Positions 18,289 to 27,113 of a stretch of 32,000 nucleotides of DNA are shown here, one piece after another (position 1 is the stretch's first letter; each line of letters starts with the position of its first letter). The notes beneath the pieces were generated by a model. It was not told the origin of the DNA, did no database searches, and was given only the letters and a program-made list of their open reading frames with translations. This DNA is from Paracoccus suum (GTDB lineage Bacteria; Pseudomonadota; Alphaproteobacteria; Rhodobacterales; Rhodobacteraceae): assembly GCF_003324675.1 (NCBI RefSeq), contig NZ_CP030918.1, positions 690,001-722,000 of the forward strand, given 5' to 3'. A program made the translations under genes and the position numbers.

Positions 18289-19313
18289 AACGCCGCGACT
18301 GGCCCGGTCGAGCCGCGCAGCACCAGCTCGCAGGCAAGCTCGACTCGGCGCGGCGGCAGGCCGCGGCTGCGCGCTTCCTTCAGCAGATCGAGGGCCACGG
18401 CCCCGACCGCCCGCATCGGGATTTCCATCGTCGACAGCGGCGGGTCCAGCAATGCCGCCTGTGGCAGGCCGTCGATACTGAGGACCGAGACTTCGCCCGG
18501 GATCGCGACCCCCGCCCCGCGCAGTGCTGCATAGGCGCCGACCGCCAGCGCATCGCCGCAGGCAAGAATGGCGGTGAAGTCCCGGCCGCGTTCCAGCCGG
18601 CTGGCGATGGCCGCGGCGGCTGCCTCAGCGAGCCAGTCGCCGACCTCGACCACCAGATCGGGGTCCGCATCACCCCCCATCGCGTCGCGCCACCCCTCCA
18701 GCCGGCGCTGGATGGTCCGCCGCCCGGGGTGGGTCAGCAGCAGGATGCGCTGGTGCCCCAGTTGCCGCAGCGCGTCCGTCGCCAGCGCCGCGGCGCTGCG
18801 ATTACAGGGCGCGACAGAACTCAACTGCATCTCGGGGTCGTCGGCATTGACCAATGCCACCGGGACCGGCGCCGCCCGCGCCTCTGCCAACGTCGCGTCG
18901 TCATCAATGCTAAGCAGCAGAACGCCCGCGACCCCGGGATCGGCGGCGGCGTCCGCCAGCAGGCCGGCCGCCACGTCCCGGTCCGGCAGGCTGCGGGCCT
19001 CGACCGCCATCCCGAGGGTGGCGGCGCGGTCGCGCAACCCCTCAAGGACATGCAGCGTGAACTGGTTGCGGGCGAAATCGAGCATCGCCGGCGCCGAGGC
19101 GGCCAGCCAGACCGTCTGCCCGGCGAGACTGGTCGGCATCGGATAATTCAGTTCGGCCGCCGCCGACATGATGCGCGCTGCAAGCCCGGCCTCGACATAA
19201 CCGCGCGCCGACAACGCCCGCGACACGGTGGCGGTCGACACGCCAACCCGCTCGGCAATGTCCTTAAGCCGCACCCTGCCTGAAATCGCGGCCCTTTTCC
19301 CGTCCGGACGCAT
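18285..19313 (-). CDS. LacI family transcriptional regulator
   Basis: ORF 18285..19424 trimmed to ATG 19311-19313. The N-terminal HTH is VRLKDIAERVGVSTATVSRALS, followed by a periplasmic-binding-protein-like sugar-binding domain. It is divergent from the GH88/105 operon (80-bp intergenic region). Confidence 0.88.
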   Translation of the reverse strand: MRPDGKRAAISGRVRLKDIAERVGVSTATVSRALSARGYVEAGLAARIMSAAAELNYPMPTSLAGQTVWLAASAPAMLDFARNQFTLHVLEGLRDRAATLGMAVEARSLPDRDVAAGLLADAAADPGVAGVLLLSIDDDATLAEARAAPVPVALVNADDPEMQLSSVAPCNRSAAALATDALRQLGHQRILLLTHPGRRTIQRRLEGWRDAMGGDADPDLVVEVGDWLAEAAAAAIASRLERGRDFTAILACGDALAVGAYAALRGAGVAIPGEVSVLSIDGLPQAALLDPPLSTMEIPMRAVGAVALDLLKEARSRGLPPRRVELACELVLRGSTGPVAAF

Positions 19314-19393
19314 GGCCGACTCCGCCTGCAACAGATTTTCATATTGTGTAACGCGGGCCCCCGCCGCCAGTCTAGCGATGGGGGGACGCCAAA

Positions 19394-20479
19394 GTGAACA
19401 CGCAGGCCCATATCGCGCAGGCATTGGAGCGGCTGGTCGCCGGCCTCGGCACGCTGCGCGATGAGGGCCGCTATCACGAGCCGAACCTAGATGGCTCGGC
19501 CGGCGACTACATCAGTTTTGACAGTTGGGAATGGCCGCAGGGCGTTGGCCTTTACGGTCTGGCGCAGTTGTGGCTGGCGCGCGGCTGCGATCCGGTGCTG
19601 GGGAAAATACTGACCGGCTGGTACGATCGCGCCCTCGCCCGGGGCCTGCCTTCGATGAACGTCAACACGACCGCGCCTATGCTGGCCCTGACCCTGCTGT
19701 GGCGCGAGGGACGGCAGCCGCGTTATGGCGCAGTCCTGGACGATTGGGCGGACCGGTTGCTGCGGGACGCCCCGCGCACGCCCCTCGGCGGGTTCCAGCA
19801 CGACGTCTCGGACCGGCTCAATCCGGGCGAGATGTGGGACGATACGCTGTTCATGGTCGCGCTGTTCCTGGCCGCTTATGGCGAGGCCGCCGGCCGGCCC
19901 GAACTTGTGGCTGAGGCAGAGCGCCAGTTCCTGGTCCACGCCCAGTTCCTGACCGACCGCGAGACCGGCCTCTGGTTCCACGGCTGGTCGTTCGAGGGGC
20001 GGCACAGCTTTGGCCGCGCGCGGTGGGCGCGGGGCAATGCCTGGATTACCGTCTGCCTGGTCGACCTGCCGCAGCTTTGCACACTGTCGAGCGGCGTCGC
20101 GTGCTATCTGGCCGATCTGCTGACCGATCAGGTGGCGGCGTTGCTGCCGCTGCAGGCGGACAGCGGCATGTGGCGCACACTGCTGGACGATCCGACCAGT
20201 TACGAGGAAACTTCGGCCACCGCCGGCATCGCCTACGGCCTCCTCAAGGGGGCGCGGCTTGGTCTCGGCGGCCCGGAATGGCGCGCGGCCGGGAACCGGG
20301 CCATCGGTGCCGTTCTGGCTGCGATTGACGATCAGGGCGTGGTCGGCGGCGTCAGTTACGGCACGCGCATGGGCCACGATCTGCAACACTACCGCGATAT
20401 CCCGATCCAACCGACGGGATATGGCCAGTCGCTGGCGATCCTCGCCTTGGCCGAAGCCTGTAAGGAGACAGACCGATGA
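19394..20479 (+). CDS. Glycoside hydrolase family 88/105 (unsaturated uronyl hydrolase; motifs closer to GH105 YteR/YesR type)
   Basis: 361 aa from a GTG start at 19394 with a G-rich SD 8 nt upstream. WEWPQGVGLYGL, GEMWDDTLFMVALFL and ARWARGNAWI are typical of the six-hairpin Glyco_hydro_88 fold. No signal peptide. Confidence 0.8.
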   Translation: MNTQAHIAQALERLVAGLGTLRDEGRYHEPNLDGSAGDYISFDSWEWPQGVGLYGLAQLWLARGCDPVLGKILTGWYDRALARGLPSMNVNTTAPMLALTLLWREGRQPRYGAVLDDWADRLLRDAPRTPLGGFQHDVSDRLNPGEMWDDTLFMVALFLAAYGEAAGRPELVAEAERQFLVHAQFLTDRETGLWFHGWSFEGRHSFGRARWARGNAWITVCLVDLPQLCTLSSGVACYLADLLTDQVAALLPLQADSGMWRTLLDDPTSYEETSATAGIAYGLLKGARLGLGGPEWRAAGNRAIGAVLAAIDDQGVVGGVSYGTRMGHDLQHYRDIPIQPTGYGQSLAILALAEACKETDR

Positions 20480-21312
20480 GCCTTGAAGTTCGCTATGGCG
20501 CCTCGCCTGCCCAGATCGACGGCATGGGGACCGACGATCTGCGCGCGGAATTCATGGTCGAGGCGCTGTTTCAGCCCGGCCAGTTGCGGCTGTGTTATAC
20601 CCATCTGGACCGGATGATTGTCGGCGCGGCCATGCCGACCGCCGCCCCGGTCGAGATCGCCAGCGGCGCCGATGTCGGCACGCCCGGCTTTTTCGACGCG
20701 CGCGAGATGGGGATCGCCAATCTCGGCCAGCCCGGCTGGGCCGAGGTGGATGGCGCGCGCTTTGCCCTGGGTAACCGGGACGTCCTTTATGTCGGGCGCG
20801 GCACCGGCTCGCTCAAGCTCGGCAGCGATGATTCCGAGGCGCCGGCGCGGTTCTACATCAATAGCGTGCCGGCCGGCGCCGATCACCCGACGCGGCTGAT
20901 TCCCCGGGCGGAGGCCACGGGAGTCACCTTCGGCGACAAGGACCGGGGCAATTTTCGCGAATTGCGAATGTATATCCACCCCGAAGTCGCGCCCTCGTGC
21001 CTGCTGCTGATGGGCATCACGGATCTGCCGCAGGGGCAGGTCTGGAACACCCAGCCCCCGCATCTGCACGAGCGGAGGATGGAGGCTTATTGCTACTTCG
21101 ACCTCGCGCCAGAGGATCGGGTGTTCCATTTCATGGGCCGGCCCGACAACACCCGCCATCTGGTGATCCAGAACGGCGACGTGGTCCTTTCGCCCGCCTG
21201 GTCGATCCACATGGGCGCCGGCACCGGTCCCTACGGCTTTGTCTGGGGGATGACCGGCGAAAATCAGGCTTACGGCGACGTCGAGCCCATCCCGGTGAGC
21301 GCTCTGCGATGA
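20476..21312 (+). CDS. kduI: 5-dehydro-4-deoxy-D-glucuronate isomerase (4-deoxy-L-threo-5-hexosulose-uronate ketol-isomerase)
   Basis: 278 aa, the same length as E. coli KduI and alignable by eye end to end (THLDRMIVGAAMP, WNTQPPHLHERRMEAYCYF, LSPAWSIHMGAGT, FVWGMTGENQ). ATGA overlap with the upstream stop. Confidence 0.93.
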   Translation: MSLEVRYGASPAQIDGMGTDDLRAEFMVEALFQPGQLRLCYTHLDRMIVGAAMPTAAPVEIASGADVGTPGFFDAREMGIANLGQPGWAEVDGARFALGNRDVLYVGRGTGSLKLGSDDSEAPARFYINSVPAGADHPTRLIPRAEATGVTFGDKDRGNFRELRMYIHPEVAPSCLLLMGITDLPQGQVWNTQPPHLHERRMEAYCYFDLAPEDRVFHFMGRPDNTRHLVIQNGDVVLSPAWSIHMGAGTGPYGFVWGMTGENQAYGDVEPIPVSALR

Positions 21313-23771
21313 TCCTGGCGCCCGGTGATGCATTGACCCGCTGGCAGGTCTCGGACATCGCCGAGGCGCGGTTCGACGTGCCCGACGCGCCGCTGCAGGG
21401 CGAGATGGACCCGTTCTTTTTCCTGACCAAGGACAAGAACTTCATCCCGCATGAATACCCGTGCCGGACGCAGTTTGCGCAGCGCTTTCGCGGCCACCGC
21501 CCGGAGGTGCGCGGCGAGCCGGACTGGACGCGCAACTGGCTGCCTTTCGGCCAGCAGGTGCTGGATCTGTCGGGTTTCTGGTTCCGGCCGACGCGCCTTG
21601 CCGCCTGGGCACGCACGGTCATCGCAGCGAACGAGGCCGGCACCGCCCGGCTGCGCCTGACGACCTGCGGAGGCGCTGTCCTGTGGGTGAACGGCACCGA
21701 AGTCGGATGGACCGCGCCTTACGTCCGGAACTACGCCCAGTCGGCGGATTTCGACGTTCCCCTGACCGAGGGCGACAATGAACTCCTGGTGTTTTTCGAT
21801 GATCTGGCCGAGCGCGATACCCGCTATCTGATCCGCTTGGACTGGCTGGACGGACCGTCCGCGCGGGCCGGAATGCCGTTCGCCGCCCCCGCCGGGGTGG
21901 TTGCAGGCGTAGAGGCGGCGCTGGAGTCGGCCCATTTCGACGCCCCCGCCTATGACGGCGGCGAGGTCGCGGTGATCCTGCCGCCGATGGTGGCCCCGGC
22001 GCAGGTCGATCTGTTGGTCGAGGGCGATTTCATGTCGCACCAGCGTTTGCGGCGGCGCTACCAACTTGCCGTTGGCCAGACCCGGCTCGTGCTGGGCGAG
22101 GTGGCGGACTTTCCCGCCGATTTCCGGCACTTCCGCCTGACCCTGACCCAGGACGGCTTTGCCTCAATGCGCACCCTGGGAGTCGAGATCGCGCACCCCG
22201 CCGGCCCGGCGCCGGCGACCCAATCTGCCCGGATCGCCGAGGCACTCGAGGCCGTGGCCACCGGCGCCGAGGGCGATTGCGTGCGCGCGCTTGCCTGCCT
22301 TGCCACTGGCCGGGCCGCCGATGCCATGATCCTCGCAGCGCTGCCGGCGATCGAAGATTGCTGGGACTGCGCAGATTTCGAGCTGGTGCCGCTGCTGTGG
22401 TCGCGCATCCGCTTTGCGGAGAGCTTGGCGCCGGAAACGCTGGCGCGCATCGACGCCGCGATCCTGAACTATCGCTACTGGATGGACGAGCCGGGCAACG
22501 ATGTTCAGTGGTATTTCAGCGAGAACCACGCCCTGCTGTTTCACACCGCGGCCTATCTGGCCGGGAATCTGCTGCGCGATGCGATCTTCACTCGCTCGGG
22601 CCGCACGGGGGCGCAGCAATCCGCCACCGGCGCTGCGCGGGTGCGCGCATGGCTGGATCATTTCGAGGCAGCCGAGATGGCCGAGTTCAACTCGGCCCCC
22701 TATTTCCCCATCGACCTCAAGGGCCTTTGCGCCCTGCAGGCGCTCGCGCCCGATGCCGACATCCGCGAGCGCGCGGCCCGCGGCATCGCGCGGCTCGTCG
22801 AGATCGTCGCGAACAGCGCCCATCAGGGTGTGCTGACCGCCGCCCAAGGCCGCAGTTACGAGCATACCCTGCGGGCCGGCGCGACGCTTGAGCTGTCAGC
22901 GGTGGCGCGGCTGCTGTGGGGGGCGGGCAGCTTTGGCGCGCGGTTCCACTGCCTGCCGCTACTGGCCCTGTGCCTGCGCGATCACGACCTGGTCCTGCCG
23001 GACCTGACCGCGCGGGCGCTGTGGGACCGGGATGACGGGCAGGAATGGACCTTTACCCAAGGGGCGGGAAACTTTGCCCGGCTCTATCACTGGAAGACCC
23101 GCGGCACCGCGATGGGCAGCGCCGCGGGCTATCGCTGGGGCGACTGGGGCTATCAGGAAACGCTGGTTCATGCGCGCATCGGACGCGACCCGCAAGCCCA
23201 GGTCTGGATCAACCAGCCGGGCGAGATGATCCAGTCAGGCTATGGCCGGCCGAGTTACTGGGGCGGCTCCGCCAGTGTGCCGCGGGTGCAGCAGTATCGC
23301 GGCCTCGCCCTCGTCCGCTTTACCGGCGTGCCGCCACAGCCCGACCTGACCCACGCGTGGTTTCCCGCGCAGGTGTTCGACGCCGCAGAGGTTGCAGATG
23401 ATCGCGCCTGCGCCGTCCTCGACCGGGCCGGGTTGATGCTGATCGCCTCCGGCCCGCTGCATATGGTCACCGAGGGGCCAAGCGCGGGCTGCGAATTGCG
23501 GCTGACGGGGCGCGATGGCTGGTGGCTGATGCGCGTCACCGAGGACGCCCCCTCGACCGAGCGCCTGTTCGAGCATTTCGCGGGCGTCACGGCGCGCGAG
23601 GACGCGGATGGCAATCTTTGCGTCATCGATCCTGAATACGGTAGCGTCGCCTTCAACCGCGACGGCACCGTGGAGGCGGAAGGACGCCGGCTCGACCCGG
23701 CACAGTGGACCTTGACGGGGACGCGCCACAAGATCGCGCCCAAGAACCGATCCGGGGAGGATCTGCCATGA
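21309..23771 (+). CDS. Uncharacterised 820-aa cytoplasmic protein; candidate carbohydrate-active enzyme (beta-sandwich N-domain plus alpha/alpha-toroid-like centre)
   Basis: ORF 20997..23771 trimmed to ATG 21309 (ATGA overlap with the kduI stop). Its own stop overlaps the SBP start (ATGA at 23768). No signal peptide. About aa 100-180 (ARLRLTTCGGAVLWVNGTEVG...FDVPLTEGDNELLVFF) resembles the jelly-roll N-domains of GH2/GH78-type enzymes. WYFSENHALLFHTAAYLAG (22509 onward) resembles the N-H motif of alpha/alpha-toroid lyases and hydrolases. I could not assign a family. Confidence 0.75.
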   Translation: MILAPGDALTRWQVSDIAEARFDVPDAPLQGEMDPFFFLTKDKNFIPHEYPCRTQFAQRFRGHRPEVRGEPDWTRNWLPFGQQVLDLSGFWFRPTRLAAWARTVIAANEAGTARLRLTTCGGAVLWVNGTEVGWTAPYVRNYAQSADFDVPLTEGDNELLVFFDDLAERDTRYLIRLDWLDGPSARAGMPFAAPAGVVAGVEAALESAHFDAPAYDGGEVAVILPPMVAPAQVDLLVEGDFMSHQRLRRRYQLAVGQTRLVLGEVADFPADFRHFRLTLTQDGFASMRTLGVEIAHPAGPAPATQSARIAEALEAVATGAEGDCVRALACLATGRAADAMILAALPAIEDCWDCADFELVPLLWSRIRFAESLAPETLARIDAAILNYRYWMDEPGNDVQWYFSENHALLFHTAAYLAGNLLRDAIFTRSGRTGAQQSATGAARVRAWLDHFEAAEMAEFNSAPYFPIDLKGLCALQALAPDADIRERAARGIARLVEIVANSAHQGVLTAAQGRSYEHTLRAGATLELSAVARLLWGAGSFGARFHCLPLLALCLRDHDLVLPDLTARALWDRDDGQEWTFTQGAGNFARLYHWKTRGTAMGSAAGYRWGDWGYQETLVHARIGRDPQAQVWINQPGEMIQSGYGRPSYWGGSASVPRVQQYRGLALVRFTGVPPQPDLTHAWFPAQVFDAAEVADDRACAVLDRAGLMLIASGPLHMVTEGPSAGCELRLTGRDGWWLMRVTEDAPSTERLFEHFAGVTAREDADGNLCVIDPEYGSVAFNRDGTVEAEGRRLDPAQWTLTGTRHKIAPKNRSGEDLP

Positions 23772-25027
23772 AAACGACTGTAACCGCGCTGCTGCTCGGC
23801 TCCGCCCTCGCCACAGGCGCATGGGCGGGGGACGTGCGGATGATGTGGTATTCGGACGGCAACGAGGGCGAGGTGATGGCCGACCTGGTCAGCCGCTTCA
23901 ACGCCGAGAATCCGGACATCAAGCTGACGCTCGACAACGTCGCCTACCAGGTCATCAAGGAGCAACTGCCTATCCAGCTGGCGGCCGGCCAGGGGCCCGA
24001 CATCGCCCGCATGACCGACATCAAGAAAGAGGCCGGCCATTTCCTGGACCTGACGCCGTATCTGGCGGACCCGGCCTACTGGCAAACCAATTTCGGCGCC
24101 CAGATGGACTGGATGCGACCCGATGGCAGCGATGCCATCACGGGCTTCATGACCCAGTTGACGCTGACCGGCGGCTTTGCCAACGCCACGCTGTTCGAGC
24201 AGGCCGGCGTGCCGCTGCCCGGCGAGGGCGCAACCTGGGACGAGTGGGTCGATGCCGCGGCCAAGGTGCAGGCCAGCCAGCAGACCGCGGCGGCCATGGC
24301 CATCGACCGCTCGGGCCACCGGATCGCCGGACCGATGATCTCGGAAGGGGCAAAGCTTATCGGACCGGACCGCAAGCCGGCGCCGCTGGACGATGCCGGC
24401 AAGGGCTTTCTGACCAAGCTGATCGGCTGGACCGCTGACGGCAAGAACCTCAAGGACGTGTGGGTCAGCGCCGCAGGGGCAACCTACCGCGCCGGCGCAG
24501 ATGAGTTCATCAATGCCGCGGTGCCGTTCTACTACTCCGGCAGTTGGCAGGTCGCGAACCTCAGCGAAAAGATCGGCGACGGCTTTGACTGGGTGGCCAC
24601 CGGATCGCCCTGCGGTGCCGCGGGCTGCACCGGCCTTCCGGGCGGCGCCGCGCTGGTCGCGATCAAGTCGACCAAGAACCCGCAGGACGTCGGCAAGGTA
24701 ATGGACTGGTTCGCGCGCGAGGACATCGTCAAGGAGTTCTCGGAGCGCGCGCTGTTCCTGCCGGCGCACAAGGCGGTGCTGGAGAAGGGCCTCGATTTCA
24801 AGACCGAGGACCCCCATGCCAAGGCGGCGCTGAACATGTTCGTCAAGGCCACCGGCCAACTGACCGAAGAGGCGCAGCAGATTCCGGCCTGGACCCCGGC
24901 CTCGGACGTCTATGCGGCGCTGGTCAAGCGGGTCGGCGAGGCAATGGCGGGCGAGTTGTCCCCCGAGGATGCCTTTGCCCGCATTGACGCGGACATCGCC
25001 GAGGCCGCCGCCAAGGTCGCCCAATGA
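23768..25027 (+). CDS. Carbohydrate ABC transporter substrate-binding protein (family 1 SBP)
   Basis: ORF 23705..25027 trimmed to ATG 23768. Signal peptide MKTTVTALLLGSALATGAWA, then the MWYSDGNEGEVM...FNAENPDIKLTLDN...GQGPDIARM pattern typical of sugar SBPs. Confidence 0.85.
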   Translation: MKTTVTALLLGSALATGAWAGDVRMMWYSDGNEGEVMADLVSRFNAENPDIKLTLDNVAYQVIKEQLPIQLAAGQGPDIARMTDIKKEAGHFLDLTPYLADPAYWQTNFGAQMDWMRPDGSDAITGFMTQLTLTGGFANATLFEQAGVPLPGEGATWDEWVDAAAKVQASQQTAAAMAIDRSGHRIAGPMISEGAKLIGPDRKPAPLDDAGKGFLTKLIGWTADGKNLKDVWVSAAGATYRAGADEFINAAVPFYYSGSWQVANLSEKIGDGFDWVATGSPCGAAGCTGLPGGAALVAIKSTKNPQDVGKVMDWFAREDIVKEFSERALFLPAHKAVLEKGLDFKTEDPHAKAALNMFVKATGQLTEEAQQIPAWTPASDVYAALVKRVGEAMAGELSPEDAFARIDADIAEAAAKVAQ

Positions 25028-25065
25028 GGACCTTGCCGTGAGGATCACCTGGTGAGGGCGAAGGC

Positions 25066-26061
25066 TTGAACCCCGGCAGGTCTGTCGCCGGGGTCCTGAC
25101 CGCACCGCTCCGGGGGCTTGCGACAGCCATCGATCCTGCCTTTCGTGCATGGCAGAGGTTGACCGGACAGGGCGGCATGATCGCCCTGTTCCTGCTGCCC
25201 AACATGCTGATCTTTGCGCTGTTCGTGCTGATCCCGATCGGCCTCAACGTCGCCTACTCGCTGACCGGGGGCGCCGAGGTATTCCTGCCCGACCGCAGCT
25301 TCGTCGGCGCCGCGCATTACGCGCGGCTGATGGACTGCACCAACGCCCTGCAGCCACGAACCTGCCGCGACGACAGCTTCTGGACCGCCGTGTGGAACAC
25401 GCTGCGCTTTACGGTCTTTCAGGTGTCCCTGATGACGGTCGCGGCGATGATCACCGCGCTGATCCTGAATCGCCGCATCCCGGCCAAGGGCCTGTGGCGG
25501 GCGGTGTTCTTTTTCCCGGTTCTGCTCTCGCCCGTGGTGGTCGGCCTGATCTGGCGCTGGATCCTGCAACGACAGGGCCTTGCCAACCTGATGATGGTCG
25601 AGGCCGGCCTGCCCCCCGTCAACTGGCTGACCGAGCGCGGCTGGGCCTTTGCCGCCGCCGTAGGCGTCAGCGTCTGGGCGCATGTCGGCTTTTACGCGCT
25701 GATCCTGCTGGCCGGATTGCAGGCCATTCCCCGCGATCTCTACGAGGCGGCAGAGATGGACGGCACGCCGCCGGCGCGAGTCTTCTGGCGCATCACCCTG
25801 CCGCTGCTGATGCCGAACCTGGTCGTAGTCATCACGCTGGCGGTGATCCGCGCGGTGCAGATATTTGACGAGGCATATGTTCTGACCGGCGGGGGGCCGG
25901 GCACCGCGACCATGTTCCTGACGCAGTATATCTACGAGACCGGCTTTGCCTCGCCGGTCCGCAATCCGGGGCTGGCGGCTGCGGCGTCGATCCTGATGGC
26001 CGGGGTATTGGTCGTCCTGACGCTGATCCAGCAGCGCCTGCGCAAGGCCGAGGGCCGATGA
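25066..26061 (+). CDS. Carbohydrate ABC transporter permease (MalF/UgpA-like)
   Basis: 331 aa with six hydrophobic segments and the EAA loop DLYEAAEMDGTPPARVFWRITLPLL. The only in-frame start upstream of TM1 is TTG 25066 (in-frame stop at 25039). ATG 25177 would truncate TM1. Confidence 0.8.
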   Translation: MNPGRSVAGVLTAPLRGLATAIDPAFRAWQRLTGQGGMIALFLLPNMLIFALFVLIPIGLNVAYSLTGGAEVFLPDRSFVGAAHYARLMDCTNALQPRTCRDDSFWTAVWNTLRFTVFQVSLMTVAAMITALILNRRIPAKGLWRAVFFFPVLLSPVVVGLIWRWILQRQGLANLMMVEAGLPPVNWLTERGWAFAAAVGVSVWAHVGFYALILLAGLQAIPRDLYEAAEMDGTPPARVFWRITLPLLMPNLVVVITLAVIRAVQIFDEAYVLTGGGPGTATMFLTQYIYETGFASPVRNPGLAAAASILMAGVLVVLTLIQQRLRKAEGR

Positions 26062-27104
26062 GCCCTGCTGCATTCCTTGGCCGTCGGCGGGGCGGCGCGC
26101 GCTGGGACTGGACCGATATCCTCAGCTGGGTTTGGCTGCTGGCCGGGCTGCTGCTGATGCTGGGACCGGCGGCCTGGCTGGTGCTGTCATCTTTCAAGAC
26201 CCCAGCCGCCCTGGCCGAGTTTCCGCCGACCCTGCTGCCCTATGCCCAGCAGACCGCGACCATCGACGGCAAGCCCAAGGGCCTGTTCACCGTCACCCTG
26301 CCCGATCGCCAGACCCGAACCATGGCCGAGTTGCGTCGTGTCGGCATCGTCGCGCAGATGGTTGACCCGGACCAGCCCGAGGCGCCGCCGGTCAAGGTCA
26401 ACATCAAGGATCGCCAGCCGTTGCGGCAGATCACATTTGCCACCGGCAACTATACCGAGCCGTTCCTGAAGTTCGATTTCTGGCTGTACTTCCGCAACTC
26501 GGTCTTTGTGACGCTGATGGCGACCGCGCTGACGCTGCTGACCAATTCGATGGCGGCCTTTGCGCTGTCGAAATACGACTTTCGCGCCCGCAACAGCGTG
26601 CTGCTGGTGATCGTCGCGACACTGATGGTGCCGCTGTCGGTGATCCTGGTGCCGCTCTATTCCGTGGTCTCGGCGGTCGGGCTGCTCGACAACCTCTGGG
26701 GGGTGATCCTGCCGACCATTGCCACGCCCACCGGCGTGTTCCTGCTGCGCCAATACATGCTGACCATCCCGGACGAGTTGCTCGAGGCGGCGCGGATGGA
26801 CCATGCCTCGGAATGGCAGATCTACTGGCGGATCGTGCTGCCGCTGGCCGCCCCCGCGCTCGCCGTGCTGGCAATCTTCAGCGTGGTCTGGCGCTGGAAC
26901 GATTTCCTGTGGCCGCTGGTCGTGCTGTCGAGCAAGCAGAACTATACACTGCAGATCGGGCTGAATACCTATGCGGGCGAGTTGAACGTGCAGTGGCACT
27001 TCATCCTCGCCATGACTGTCGCCGCAATGATCCCGGTGGTCGTGGTGTTCGTGTTCCTGCAGCGGTTCATCACCACCGGCATCGCCGGCACCGGCTTGAA
27101 ATAG
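26058..27104 (+). CDS. Carbohydrate ABC transporter permease (MalG/UgpE-like) with enlarged first periplasmic loop
   Basis: 348 aa with an ATGA overlap with the upstream permease stop and the EAA loop ELLEAARMDHASEWQIYWRIVLPLA. About 100 aa separate TM1 and TM2 (about 26196-26492), compared with a few tens of residues in the typical MalG-type proteins I know. Confidence 0.85.
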   Translation: MSPAAFLGRRRGGARWDWTDILSWVWLLAGLLLMLGPAAWLVLSSFKTPAALAEFPPTLLPYAQQTATIDGKPKGLFTVTLPDRQTRTMAELRRVGIVAQMVDPDQPEAPPVKVNIKDRQPLRQITFATGNYTEPFLKFDFWLYFRNSVFVTLMATALTLLTNSMAAFALSKYDFRARNSVLLVIVATLMVPLSVILVPLYSVVSAVGLLDNLWGVILPTIATPTGVFLLRQYMLTIPDELLEAARMDHASEWQIYWRIVLPLAAPALAVLAIFSVVWRWNDFLWPLVVLSSKQNYTLQIGLNTYAGELNVQWHFILAMTVAAMIPVVVVFVFLQRFITTGIAGTGLK

Positions 27105-27113
27105 GGGGCGGCC

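Noticed and set aside
19314-19393. A LacI-family operator palindrome in the 80-bp region between the LacI gene and the GH88/105 gene
   Set aside because: The best candidate (GCAACAGATTTT-C-ATATTGTGTAAC, about 19327-19351) matches only 7 of 12 positions between half-sites. That is too weak to call without comparative data.
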